Positions 53,369-64,000 of a DNA stretch of 64,000 nucleotides are shown here, one piece after another; positions within the stretch are counted from its first letter, which is position 1, and every line of letters starts with the position of its first letter. Position numbers and translations under genes: made by a program. Origin of the DNA: an uncultured Acidobacteriota bacterium (GTDB taxonomy: Bacteria > Acidobacteriota > JAQAZP01); assembly GCA_963836075.1 (NCBI GenBank), contig CAWIIB010000009.1, positions 1,952,001 through 2,016,000 on the forward strand, read 5' to 3'. Under the pieces are notes generated by a model, which did not search any database, was not told where the DNA came from, and saw only the letters and a list, made by a program, of their open reading frames with translations.

Positions 53369-55249
53369 ATGAAACGGGATTCGGGTAATAGTGTTTTTTT
53401 CTTGGCCGTGGTCCTGTCAATTGTTGCGCTGCTCGGGCTTTCCACTGTTGCGACGGCCCTGGACACCATTGGCAGCGCCGGGGGCGGGCCGCTGGACGGC
53501 ATGCTCCAGGTGCAGGTGCTGCACGCCGGCACGGGCGCACCCTTTGCCGGGGCCTTCGTTATGGTGGGTGATGCCCCCGGATCCCCTTTTGCCGGCAACT
53601 GGGGCGTCACCTCGGCTTCCGGTGACATCACCTTTACCGACCCTGCCCTCCAGGGGCCGCTCACGGTGACCGCCGGGGCCGCGGGGCACCGCTATGTCAC
53701 CATGGTCCTCGCCGACGCCAGCCAGCTGGTGCTGGCCCTCGAGCCGGTGGCCTCCCTGACCTTCCTCTCCGAAGTGGGGGACTATGTGTCGGGGGTGGAC
53801 GTGGACAACGGGACCTTCAACTTCGGCGACGGAAACGTCGATGTGGCCTTTGTGCTGCGGGCCATGACCCTCGACGACATGATGTCCTTTGACATGGAGA
53901 ACATGTTCGGGCCGGAGGAGTTCATCGATATCCTGGGCCAGCCGTTCCCGGTGCCCTCCAACGTCTTCATCCCCCTGCAATACGAAACCTTCATCCCCAT
54001 CGTCAAGGACCACTACTACCTGTACCTGACCCCCGGGGACGCCACTCTGGCCGCGCTCTCCGGCCGGATGCCGCTGGCTGAGCTGGCGGCCGGCGGCGAG
54101 ATGGTCGACCTGCTGCCCCACATCCAGTGGCGGGAGATGGACGTGCTGGACATCACGGTGGCCGGCGACACCTCCGACGCCGACCTCACCGTCGACCCGG
54201 ACCTCAGCGCAACCGTGACCCTCAACCTGGACAACATTCCTGATGGTTGCACCGGGTTCGGGCTCTCCATCGGCGACCTGGATGGCCTGAACGGCCTGGG
54301 CCGCCTGGTCCCCCTGGGCATGAGTTCCATCGGCTGCCCTGACGGCAGCGGTCCCTGTTCGGGCACCCTGACCCTGACCACCGCCGCCGCCACCGGCGAG
54401 CTGGCCGGCATGGGCTATTTCCCGGCCGCCGCCGTGCAGGGTGACCTGACCAACGATGCGCTCTTTGTCATGGACCGCTCTTCCCACAGCCAGACCTACA
54501 CGGCCACCATCGATTCCTTTTACAACCGTCTCGACCTGGCCTACGGGGCGGGCGGGTTCGCCTGGAACGATGCGGAAAACGCCGCCACCGGCAGCCCGGT
54601 TGTGGACCTCCAGCTGGCCCTGATCTCCAACCCGTTGAACGACGAGGTCTACTGGGAGTTTTTGCTTCCCGGGGGAGCACTCTCCCTGACAATACCCCAG
54701 CTGCCGCCCGAGGCCCCGGCCGGCCTGGTACCGGGCACCGGCTACAACTGGGCTCACACCGCCCTGGGACTGGCCTACGACCTGGCGGTCTTCGACTACG
54801 GGGATTTCGCCTTCTCGGCCATCATTGCCCATGTCAGCCATCTGGCAACCAACAGCCTGGACATCACCTGGGACGCGGCCGGCACGGTCTCCGCGTCCCT
54901 GAGCTGCCTGCCGTCCTCCGGCACCGTTCCCTTTGCCACCGGCATGCAGGTCATGCTGACCAACCTGTACAGCGGCCAGAGCCGCCGGGTGGCCGGCCGC
55001 CTCGATGTCCTGCTGGCCGGCGGCGCCAATTACGGCAACTGGAGGGCCGGCTACACCAATCTCGGTCCGGGGGAAAGCTGGAGCGCTTCCTGGAACACCA
55101 CCATCCCGGCCCTGGGCAGCGTGATCGGTGAGAACAGTTTCACCCTGGTGGCGGTGGATGTGACGCCGTCCCCGTTCAACCAGCCGCCCTACCCGCCGGA
55201 CGGCGATTCGGACCAGGCGGTCTGTCTGGTCACCGGGGTTGCGCCCTGA
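53369..55249 (+). CDS. Secreted hypothetical protein with C-terminal module A
   Basis: Signal peptide, carboxypeptidase-regulatory-like N-terminal strands; ends PFNQPPYPP...TGVAP. Confidence 0.75.
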   Translation: MKRDSGNSVFFLAVVLSIVALLGLSTVATALDTIGSAGGGPLDGMLQVQVLHAGTGAPFAGAFVMVGDAPGSPFAGNWGVTSASGDITFTDPALQGPLTVTAGAAGHRYVTMVLADASQLVLALEPVASLTFLSEVGDYVSGVDVDNGTFNFGDGNVDVAFVLRAMTLDDMMSFDMENMFGPEEFIDILGQPFPVPSNVFIPLQYETFIPIVKDHYYLYLTPGDATLAALSGRMPLAELAAGGEMVDLLPHIQWREMDVLDITVAGDTSDADLTVDPDLSATVTLNLDNIPDGCTGFGLSIGDLDGLNGLGRLVPLGMSSIGCPDGSGPCSGTLTLTTAAATGELAGMGYFPAAAVQGDLTNDALFVMDRSSHSQTYTATIDSFYNRLDLAYGAGGFAWNDAENAATGSPVVDLQLALISNPLNDEVYWEFLLPGGALSLTIPQLPPEAPAGLVPGTGYNWAHTALGLAYDLAVFDYGDFAFSAIIAHVSHLATNSLDITWDAAGTVSASLSCLPSSGTVPFATGMQVMLTNLYSGQSRRVAGRLDVLLAGGANYGNWRAGYTNLGPGESWSASWNTTIPALGSVIGENSFTLVAVDVTPSPFNQPPYPPDGDSDQAVCLVTGVAP

Positions 55250-55464
55250 GGTGCAAGAATGGCCTGATCGCGCCATTCTGGCGTCGGAAAATATCCCGCC
55301 GGGCTCGCTATCGGCTGGTCCGTCAAGCCTTGTCAAATGGCACAGGTATTGCAATCTTCTTTAAACGTCGTGACCGGCGCGACCAGCGCCGGCGCGGGCT
55401 GCGCCGTAGCTGGCGGAAGGAGTCCCTCCCGCGAACGAGGGCGTCTTCAAAAAAGGAGATGGCC

Positions 55465-55929
55465 ATGTCATTCACCACAAAAATTGTCTTTCACAATGCA
55501 TCCCGGTCCCGGTCCGTCGAACGTTTCGTGCGCGACCGGGTGGAGAAACTGCCTCGTATTTATCGCAACATCCTCGGTTGCCAGGTCGTCATCGACGCGC
55601 CGCACCACCACCACCAGAAGGGAAACCACTACCGGGTCAGGCTTGCTCTCTACGTACCCGGCAGGGATCTGGTGGTGGGGCATGGCCACAAGGGCAGTGC
55701 AGCCCACGAGGACATCTATGCCGCCATCATCGATGCTTTTGCCGCACTGGAGTCGCAATTGACTACCTTTGTGGGCAAGCAGAGAGTTTCGACAACCCCG
55801 CATCGGCGGCATGGTTCCAGGGAATTGAGGCCAACACCTCTCGAATCAGATTCAGGGCAAGACTGGTATGGGTTCGAGTATGAGAATTTGATGGAGGTGA
55901 ACGATGCCGGCGAGTCGGCCATCGGCTAA
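55465..55929 (+). CDS. HPF/RaiA-family ribosome-associated protein
   Basis: CQVVIDAPHHHHQKG, VPG and EDIYAAIIDAF motifs; AGGAG RBS. Confidence 0.8.
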   Translation: MSFTTKIVFHNASRSRSVERFVRDRVEKLPRIYRNILGCQVVIDAPHHHHQKGNHYRVRLALYVPGRDLVVGHGHKGSAAHEDIYAAIIDAFAALESQLTTFVGKQRVSTTPHRRHGSRELRPTPLESDSGQDWYGFEYENLMEVNDAGESAIG

Positions 55930-55994
55930 GTTGGAAATCGACGGTCCTGCAATCGGGCTCCGGCACAGACGTGCCGGATCCCGGCGCCTTCCTC

Positions 55995-56399
55995 TCAACT
56001 TCCGAAGTAGACGATCTCGTGCGTGTGCTCCTTTGGTGTCCCGAGCACCAGGTAGCCGTCTTCACCATCGAGCCAGACCTCGGAGAGGAAGGTAATGCCG
56101 CCCACCCGGTCAAAGACCATCCGTGCAGCTGACTCGCCATGCGAGTGGGGGGCCAGCCGGGTGAGCACTGGCAGCCGGGCACATGTCGAACCGGCGGTGT
56201 CGTGCAGGTGGAGCTCCGACGGTTCTCCCGGCGAGCAGGAGACGGAGTAGCGCCCGGCAGGCAATGACTGCTCGCCGACGGTGAACTCGTGGGGAACCTT
56301 GACCATCATCCGCTCCTGATCGTCAGAGACGGCGGGCGAGGAGAGCATGAGAACAGGCAGACAGCACAGAATGATGAGCGCGAAGCCTTTTGTATTCAT
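55995..56399 (-). CDS. Secreted hypothetical protein
   Basis: Signal peptide, VPHEFTVG..LPAGRY and VF...FLSEVW motifs. Confidence 0.65.
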   Translation of the reverse strand: MNTKGFALIILCCLPVLMLSSPAVSDDQERMMVKVPHEFTVGEQSLPAGRYSVSCSPGEPSELHLHDTAGSTCARLPVLTRLAPHSHGESAARMVFDRVGGITFLSEVWLDGEDGYLVLGTPKEHTHEIVYFGS

Positions 56400-56566
56400 T
56401 GGTTGATCCTCCAACCCGACTATTGTTCGACTGTTCGACCGAAATTTGATCCACTGAGTATTATAGCATATAATCGATTAAATAAATAGATCATTGGCTC
56501 GGAAGGCGATCAGGCCAAACGATACGAAGAGATACGACCAGAGTTGCATCCCCCGGCTGACTCCGC

Positions 56567-58294
<1,728 letters not shown>

Positions 58295-58298
58295 CGCT

Positions 58299-60365
58299 CT
58301 ACTCGAACCAGCCGGCAGCCACGGTGGCCCCGTGGGTCCACCCGGCAGGGAAGGCCTCGAGGCTGAACCACTGGCTCACCGTCTCGGTGGCCGGGTCATA
58401 GGTGTAGACCTTCACCGGCGACCCCATGGAGGGGTCGGGGCCGCCGCCCACCACCAGCTCGTCGCCGCCGATGCCGTCGAGGTTGGCGTCGGCGTAGATC
58501 CGGGCGCCGTAGCGTGCTTCGCTGGCCGGCCAGGCAAAGAAGCTGTAGCCGGGAAGTTCCACCAGCTCGTCCCCGTCATAGTTCCAGCCCCGGACATGGG
58601 CGCCGAAAGCGGGGGAGGGGCCGGGCGAGGTGAGGATCTCGTCGATACCGTCGGCGTCCACATCGCCGGAGCCCACCATCACGCCGTAGCGCGGTGTTTC
58701 ATAGGCGAAGAAGCTGATCGCCGGGATGGCCGCCGCCGTCCCGCCGTCCACGTTCCAGCCGCGGACGTGGGGCCCGAATACGGCGCCCGGTCCGGCACCG
58801 GTGACGATCTCGTCGTAGCCATCGCCGTCGTAGTCGCCCGAGGTGACGTTGGTCCCCCATTTCAGCGTGCCGTAGGCGAAGTAGCTGACCCCGGGCACCG
58901 GGCTGATGCCGGGGCCGCCGTCGTAGTTGAAGGCCCGCACGTGGGGCCCGAAGACGGCGCCCGGTCCGGCGCCGGTGATGATCTCGTCGAAGCCGTCACC
59001 GTCCAGGTCGCCGCAGGCCACGTTGACCCCGTATTTCAGAGTGCCATAGGCGAAGTAACTCAGGCCGGGCAGCGGTGTGCCGTCGATCTCGAAGCCGCGC
59101 ACGTGGGGGCCGTACACGTCGCCGGGACCGGCGCCGGTGATCACCACGTCGTGGGTGCCGCCGTTGACCCGGCCGCAGGTGACGTTGACCCCGTAGTAGT
59201 CAGCGCCGTAGGCCGTGAACTCCTCCTCGAAGGCCGCCCCCTGCTCACAGGGGAAGGCCCGCACCACCGGCGGGTTGCTGTAGGCCGGTCCGGGGCCGGC
59301 CAGCACCAGACGGTTGGTGCTGGAGGCCGAGCGCTGGCGATACTCGATCAGCTGGGTCTGCATGACGTAGAACGGCGCCTGGCGGCTGCCCCACGCGCAT
59401 TCCGTGCAGGTCACTCCGTCCACGCAGTCGGGGTGGTCCGGATCGCAGATATTCTCGTAGGGCTCGAGGTTGTAGTCGAGGATTTCCGTTTCCCCGGGGA
59501 CTATGGACGGGGTGATGTCCACGATCCAGGGAAAGGCCTTGTCCCCCGGGCACCAGCCGTTGCGGCTGTAGGACCAGGTGCCGCCCTGGGGGCTGCAGGG
59601 GTTGTTGCGGCAGTCGTTGCGCCAGACATATTCCTGGTAGGCGTCCATATCGGCCACCACCTCGTGCCACTTCCAGGAGAACTCGGCCGCGTTGTCGGTG
59701 TTGCCGAAACCGTGACCGGTGATGTAGGTCCGCACGTGGGCCTCCACCGTTTCGGCGTCGATATCCGCGGCGATGGGCACCAGGTAATTTTCGGAGGGGT
59801 TGTCGAATTTGCCGTAGAGCAGGTGGTCATAGTTCCAGAGGTTGGTGATCTTGTACGGTTCCAGCTCGGTGATCCCGGGCATGAAGGCGAAGTCGCAGGT
59901 GATCAGCCAGCCCTGGCCGCCTCCGACCCAGGTATCGATGAAGAGCTGCAGTGTCACTTCGTCGTGGAGCAGGGTCTCGTAGTCGGAAAGGTCATACACC
60001 CAGGAGCAGGTGCCCGGCCGGGTGGCGCCGGTGATGTCGTAGGGGGTGACGAAACGCATGATCTCGAATTTTTCGTCGGTATCGGTCACCACCCGGATGT
60101 GAGCCAGCCGGTCCCAGGGGTCGCAGTCCCCCGGGGATTCGGGGCAGGCAATGGTCATGTAGCAGAGGATCTCGCCCCACTGGCCGCCTTCCGGAGGGAA
60201 GGTGAAGTCGGCGGTCACCGTCCGCGAGTCGATATCGACCAACTGCTGGTTGAAGGTGTTCACCCACACCGTGTCGCTGCGACTCTTCTCCTCCGCAGTT
60301 GCACCGGGCGCCGGAAACAGGATCGAGAGCACGGCCGCGGCCGCAAACCAATAACGGAGATTCAT
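58299..60365 (-). CDS. Peptide-N-glycosidase F-like protein with C-terminal module B
   Basis: DPWDR, RFVTPY, TGHG, AEF and QGGTW..RNGWCPG motifs; GDxDGDG repeats. Confidence 0.82.
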   Translation of the reverse strand: MNLRYWFAAAAVLSILFPAPGATAEEKSRSDTVWVNTFNQQLVDIDSRTVTADFTFPPEGGQWGEILCYMTIACPESPGDCDPWDRLAHIRVVTDTDEKFEIMRFVTPYDITGATRPGTCSWVYDLSDYETLLHDEVTLQLFIDTWVGGGQGWLITCDFAFMPGITELEPYKITNLWNYDHLLYGKFDNPSENYLVPIAADIDAETVEAHVRTYITGHGFGNTDNAAEFSWKWHEVVADMDAYQEYVWRNDCRNNPCSPQGGTWSYSRNGWCPGDKAFPWIVDITPSIVPGETEILDYNLEPYENICDPDHPDCVDGVTCTECAWGSRQAPFYVMQTQLIEYRQRSASSTNRLVLAGPGPAYSNPPVVRAFPCEQGAAFEEEFTAYGADYYGVNVTCGRVNGGTHDVVITGAGPGDVYGPHVRGFEIDGTPLPGLSYFAYGTLKYGVNVACGDLDGDGFDEIITGAGPGAVFGPHVRAFNYDGGPGISPVPGVSYFAYGTLKWGTNVTSGDYDGDGYDEIVTGAGPGAVFGPHVRGWNVDGGTAAAIPAISFFAYETPRYGVMVGSGDVDADGIDEILTSPGPSPAFGAHVRGWNYDGDELVELPGYSFFAWPASEARYGARIYADANLDGIGGDELVVGGGPDPSMGSPVKVYTYDPATETVSQWFSLEAFPAGWTHGATVAAGWFE

Positions 60366-60396
60366 TGCCCTTACTCCTTCATGCGTTGATTGAAAA

Positions 60397-62472
60397 CTAC
60401 TCAAACCAGCCGGCCGCCACGGTGGCCCCGTGGGTCCACCCGGCAGGGAAGGCCTCGAGGCTGAACCACTGGCTCACCGTCTCGGTGGCCGGGTCATAGG
60501 TGTAGACCTTCACCGGCGACCCCATGGAGGGGTCGGGGCCGCCGCCCACCACCAGCTCGTCGCCGCCGATGCCGTCGAGGTTGGCGTCGGCGTAGATCCG
60601 GGCACCGTAGCGTGCTTCGCTGGCCGGCCAGGCAAAGAAGCTGTAGCCGGGAAGTTCCACCAGCTCGTCCCCGTCATAGTTCCAGCCCCGGACATGGGCG
60701 CCGAAAGCGGGGGAGGGGCCGGGCGAGGTGAGGATCTCGTCGATACCGTCGGCGTCCACATCGCCGGAGCCCACCATCACGCCGTAGCGCGGTGTTTCAT
60801 AGGCGAAGAAGCTGATCGCCGGGATGGCCGCCGCCGTCCCGCCGTCCACGTTCCAGCCGCGGACGTGGGGCCCGAATACGGCGCCCGGTCCGGCACCGGT
60901 GACGATCTCGTCGTAGCCATCGCCGTCGTAGTCGCCCGAGGTGACGTTGGTCCCCCATTTCAGCGTGCCGTAGGCGAAGTAGCTGACCCCGGGCACCGGG
61001 TTGATGCCGGGGCCGCCGTCGTAGTTGAAGGCCCGCACGTGGGGCCCGAAGACGGCGCCCGGTCCGGCGCCGGTGATGATCTCGTCGAAGCCGTCACCGT
61101 CCAGGTCGCCGCAGGCCACGTTGACCCCGTATTTCAGGGTGCCGTAGGCGAAGTAACTCAGGCCGGGCAGCGGTGTGCCGTCGATCTCGAAGCCGCGCAC
61201 GTGGGGCCCGTACACGTCGCCGGGCCCTGCGCCGGTGATCACCACGTCGTGGGTGCCGCCGTTGACCCGGCCGCAGGTGACGTTGACCCCGTAGTAGTCA
61301 GCGCCGTAGGCCGTGAACTCCTCCTCGAAGGCCGCCCCCTGCTCACAGGGGAAGGCCCGCACCACCGGCGGGTTGCTGTAGGCCGGGCCGGGGCCGGCCA
61401 GCACCAGACGGTTGGTGTTGGAAGCCGAGCGCTGGCGATACTCGATCAGCTGCGACCGCATATAGTAGTTCGGCTTGGTGCGGCTGCCCCATTCGCACTG
61501 GGCGCAGGTCACCCCGTCGACGCAGTCGGGGTTGTCCGGCCGGCAGAAGTTTTCGTACGGCTCGAGATTGTAGTCCAGGATCGCTGTTTCGCCGGGCGTC
61601 ACCGAACTGGTTATGTCCACCTCCCAGGGGATCACCTTGTCTCCCGGGCACCAGCCGTTGCGGCTGTAGGACCAGGTGCCGCCCTGGGGGCTGCAGGGGT
61701 TGTTGCGGCAGTCGTTGCGCCAGATATAGTCCTGGTAACTGTCCATCTCCGCCACGATCTCGTGCCATTTCCACGAGAATTCCGCTGCGTTGTCGGTGTT
61801 GCCGAAGGCGTGGCCGGTGATGTATGTCCGCACCTTGACTTCCACCGTCTCGGCGTCGATATCGGCCGCCAGGGGCACCAGATGGTCCTCGGAAGGATCT
61901 TCCGGGTGCCCGTACAGAAGGTTGTCGAAGGACCAGAGGTTGGTGATCTTGTAAGGCTCCAGCTCGGTAATCCCGGGCATGAAGGCGAAGTCGCAGGTGA
62001 TCAGCCAGCCCCGGTCGTCGCCAATCCAGGTCCCGATCTGGAGCTCCAGGGTTACCTCGTCGTGAAGCAGTGTCTCGTAGTCGGAGAGGTCATAGACCCA
62101 GGTGCAGGTGCCTGGCCGGTCTCCCCCGGTGATATCGTACGGAGTGACAAAGCGCATGATCTCATAGATAACTTCGTCCTTACCCTCCATGGTGACCACC
62201 CGGATTTGACCCAACCGGTCCCAGGGATCGCAGTCGGCCGGCGGGCCGGGGCAGCCCACGGTCATGTAACAGAGGATCTCACCCCACTGGCCGCCTTCGG
62301 GGGGGAACTGGAAGGTGGTATAGGTCGGCGTAATCCAGTTGATGAATTCCTGGTCAAAGGTATGGACCCACACCGTGTCACCGCGGCTCTCCTCATCAGC
62401 CGTCACGACGGGGGCCAGGATCAGGATTGACAGCACGACAGCCAGGGCCGCGCACCGGAATCGGAGGTTCAT
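60397..62472 (-). CDS. Peptide-N-glycosidase F-like protein with C-terminal module B (tandem paralog)
   Basis: Same motifs as the neighbouring gene; 3' half about 99% identical to it. Confidence 0.82.
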   Translation of the reverse strand: MNLRFRCAALAVVLSILILAPVVTADEESRGDTVWVHTFDQEFINWITPTYTTFQFPPEGGQWGEILCYMTVGCPGPPADCDPWDRLGQIRVVTMEGKDEVIYEIMRFVTPYDITGGDRPGTCTWVYDLSDYETLLHDEVTLELQIGTWIGDDRGWLITCDFAFMPGITELEPYKITNLWSFDNLLYGHPEDPSEDHLVPLAADIDAETVEVKVRTYITGHAFGNTDNAAEFSWKWHEIVAEMDSYQDYIWRNDCRNNPCSPQGGTWSYSRNGWCPGDKVIPWEVDITSSVTPGETAILDYNLEPYENFCRPDNPDCVDGVTCAQCEWGSRTKPNYYMRSQLIEYRQRSASNTNRLVLAGPGPAYSNPPVVRAFPCEQGAAFEEEFTAYGADYYGVNVTCGRVNGGTHDVVITGAGPGDVYGPHVRGFEIDGTPLPGLSYFAYGTLKYGVNVACGDLDGDGFDEIITGAGPGAVFGPHVRAFNYDGGPGINPVPGVSYFAYGTLKWGTNVTSGDYDGDGYDEIVTGAGPGAVFGPHVRGWNVDGGTAAAIPAISFFAYETPRYGVMVGSGDVDADGIDEILTSPGPSPAFGAHVRGWNYDGDELVELPGYSFFAWPASEARYGARIYADANLDGIGGDELVVGGGPDPSMGSPVKVYTYDPATETVSQWFSLEAFPAGWTHGATVAAGWFE

Positions 62473-62621
62473 TGACCTGCTCCTTCCTGCGTGAAATTGT
62501 CATCAGATCGGAACCCCATTGTATCAGACGGAGGGAAAAAACGACGAATGAACGACTCGTTGGGTAGGTCAAAATGGAAGGACGTACATAACATTATAAA
62601 GTTCGGGTGGGCCGCCAAAGA

Positions 62622-62713
62622 ATCGGGGACGTACATGAATATATGACTATTTGGTAAACCACTGGATTAAAACGAAGTAGCCAAATAGTCATATATTCAT
62701 GTACGTCCCCGAT
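62622..62713. repeat. Perfect 33-bp inverted repeat with 26-nt spacer (MITE-like)
   Basis: ATCGGGGACGTACATGAATATATGACTATTTGG and its exact reverse complement. Confidence 0.9.
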
Positions 62714-62724
62714 CTCTCCTACCG

Positions 62725-64000
62725 TCATTTGAACAGCAGCATCCGGTCCGCCCGGTTTTCGTCGGCCAGCAGCAGCGCGCGCAGCTCGGGCCAGCGGGTG
62801 GCGGCGATGTGGCTGCCGGGCAACTGCAGCTCGCGGCCGAAGAGGATCCCCTCCTTTTCTTCATCACCCACCTCTGAGCTGACCTTCCAGTGGCCCACGG
62901 CGTTCCGCATCTGGACATGTTCGGGCAGGTGGACAACCTCCAGGTCGCCCGGGTCCAGCTTGAGGATCACCTGCAACGAAACTGGCGCGGGGAGGTGGAA
63001 ATCGCTCTCTCTCGTCTCCACGTGCAGGTCGACGAAGTGGTCGGCGGGAAATGATGCCACCTCGACCATCAGCCGACCCTGGGTGTCGCGCTCGCCGGCC
63101 GGGACCTCCAATGCAAACCCGATGACGACCTTGCCCGGCTCCATCCGCTCCAGGTTGCAGCTGCTGATCTTCGATGCGTTGAGAAACGAGCCCACGAATC
63201 CGGTGAGCCAGTCTTTGGCCTCGGTGCCCAGCCCGCTGATCTCGCTGTACGGACTGATCGTGCCTTCGGAGGTGAGCACACCGGTTCCGGCCCAGGACTT
63301 CTTCTCCGCGTCGAAACCGAGGTCGAAGCGGAGGAGCATGCGGTCCGGTCCATCAGCCGCTTTGAAGGCGGGCTCACCCTCTCCCGGCATCCAGACCGTG
63401 CGGCCGGTCAGGACGGTGTCTGCCACGCTGAAAGCGGCTGAACCAGGATCGAACCAGCCCTCCACCGTTTCGCCGTCGATACCGCTGATCTTCAGCATGG
63501 CGCCGTCGCTCCATGCCAGGTTGGGTGCGCCGATCTCGGCTTCGCCGTAACCCGAGCCGCGGAATCCCAGATGGACCGTGAACCCGGCAATGCGGTAGAG
63601 AATGGCGCCCAGCACCGTCCGGTCCACCCGGTGACCATACCCTGTACCCCAGGTGCGGGAAGCGGGGCGGGGCGCCGGCCACCAGCTGGACCCGTAGCGG
63701 ACAAGCCTCGTGGTCTGGTCGATGAACTCGGCTGTCAGCCGGGCCCGCTCCATGGGAGTCCGTGCCTCCTCGAGCTTCTCGTTCAGCGCATCGCGCATCT
63801 CGTCGTCGAGGACCATGCCGGCATCGAACCTTTCGTCAAGGTCTTCGGCAAGCGCATCCCAGCTGGCCCAGGTGGACCAGCAGACCCGGGGCTGGAGCAG
63901 GACCGACTCGTCCGTTTCCGGCAGTGGGCTCGCGGCAAGTTCCTCCATCTCGACGGTCCAGGTCTGGTATCCGCCGGTGGTGGCGGCCCTGACGGGCTGT
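62725..64000 (-). CDS. Transglutaminase-like/DUF3857-type protein, C-terminal part (truncated by the window)
   Basis: STWASWD...PRPASRTW..GYGHRVD pattern; no catalytic Cys visible. Confidence 0.55.
   Translation of the reverse strand, partial: QPVRAATTGGYQTWTVEMEELAASPLPETDESVLLQPRVCWSTWASWDALAEDLDERFDAGMVLDDEMRDALNEKLEEARTPMERARLTAEFIDQTTRLVRYGSSWWPAPRPASRTWGTGYGHRVDRTVLGAILYRIAGFTVHLGFRGSGYGEAEIGAPNLAWSDGAMLKISGIDGETVEGWFDPGSAAFSVADTVLTGRTVWMPGEGEPAFKAADGPDRMLLRFDLGFDAEKKSWAGTGVLTSEGTISPYSEISGLGTEAKDWLTGFVGSFLNASKISSCNLERMEPGKVVIGFALEVPAGERDTQGRLMVEVASFPADHFVDLHVETRESDFHLPAPVSLQVILKLDPGDLEVVHLPEHVQMRNAVGHWKVSSEVGDEEKEGILFGRELQLPGSHIAATRWPELRALLLADENRADRMLLFK

Overview
GC-rich bacterial window, standard genetic code, with about 40 genes and no rRNA, tRNA or CRISPR. 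Most genes encode secreted or periplasmic enzymes (M16, S9, C25 and C11 peptidases, PNGase-F-like proteins, sulfatases, phytase, GGT). Four things stand out. (1) Nine secreted proteins with mostly unrelated N-terminal domains end in one of two shared C-terminal modules. Module A is a ~121-aa domain (WRAG...PYNQPPY...AP-stop, 4 copies) and module B is a ~330-aa GPGPG/FG-GAP-like repeat (5 copies). This suggests a lineage-specific surface sorting, anchoring or docking system. (2) Two selenoproteins are split by the ORF caller at in-frame TGA codons in UxxC thioredoxin motifs, each followed by a SECIS-like hairpin; one carries module B. (3) An insertion hotspot at 12.4-19.8 kb holds three copies of the 3' end of a MacB-like permease gene, an IS91/ISCR remnant and a 155-bp direct repeat. 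(4) A Fur/PerR, diheme peroxidase, Tat metallophosphoesterase and cytochrome c operon. Five single-base frameshifts look like sequencing errors. All calls come from reading motifs by eye; no searches were run.
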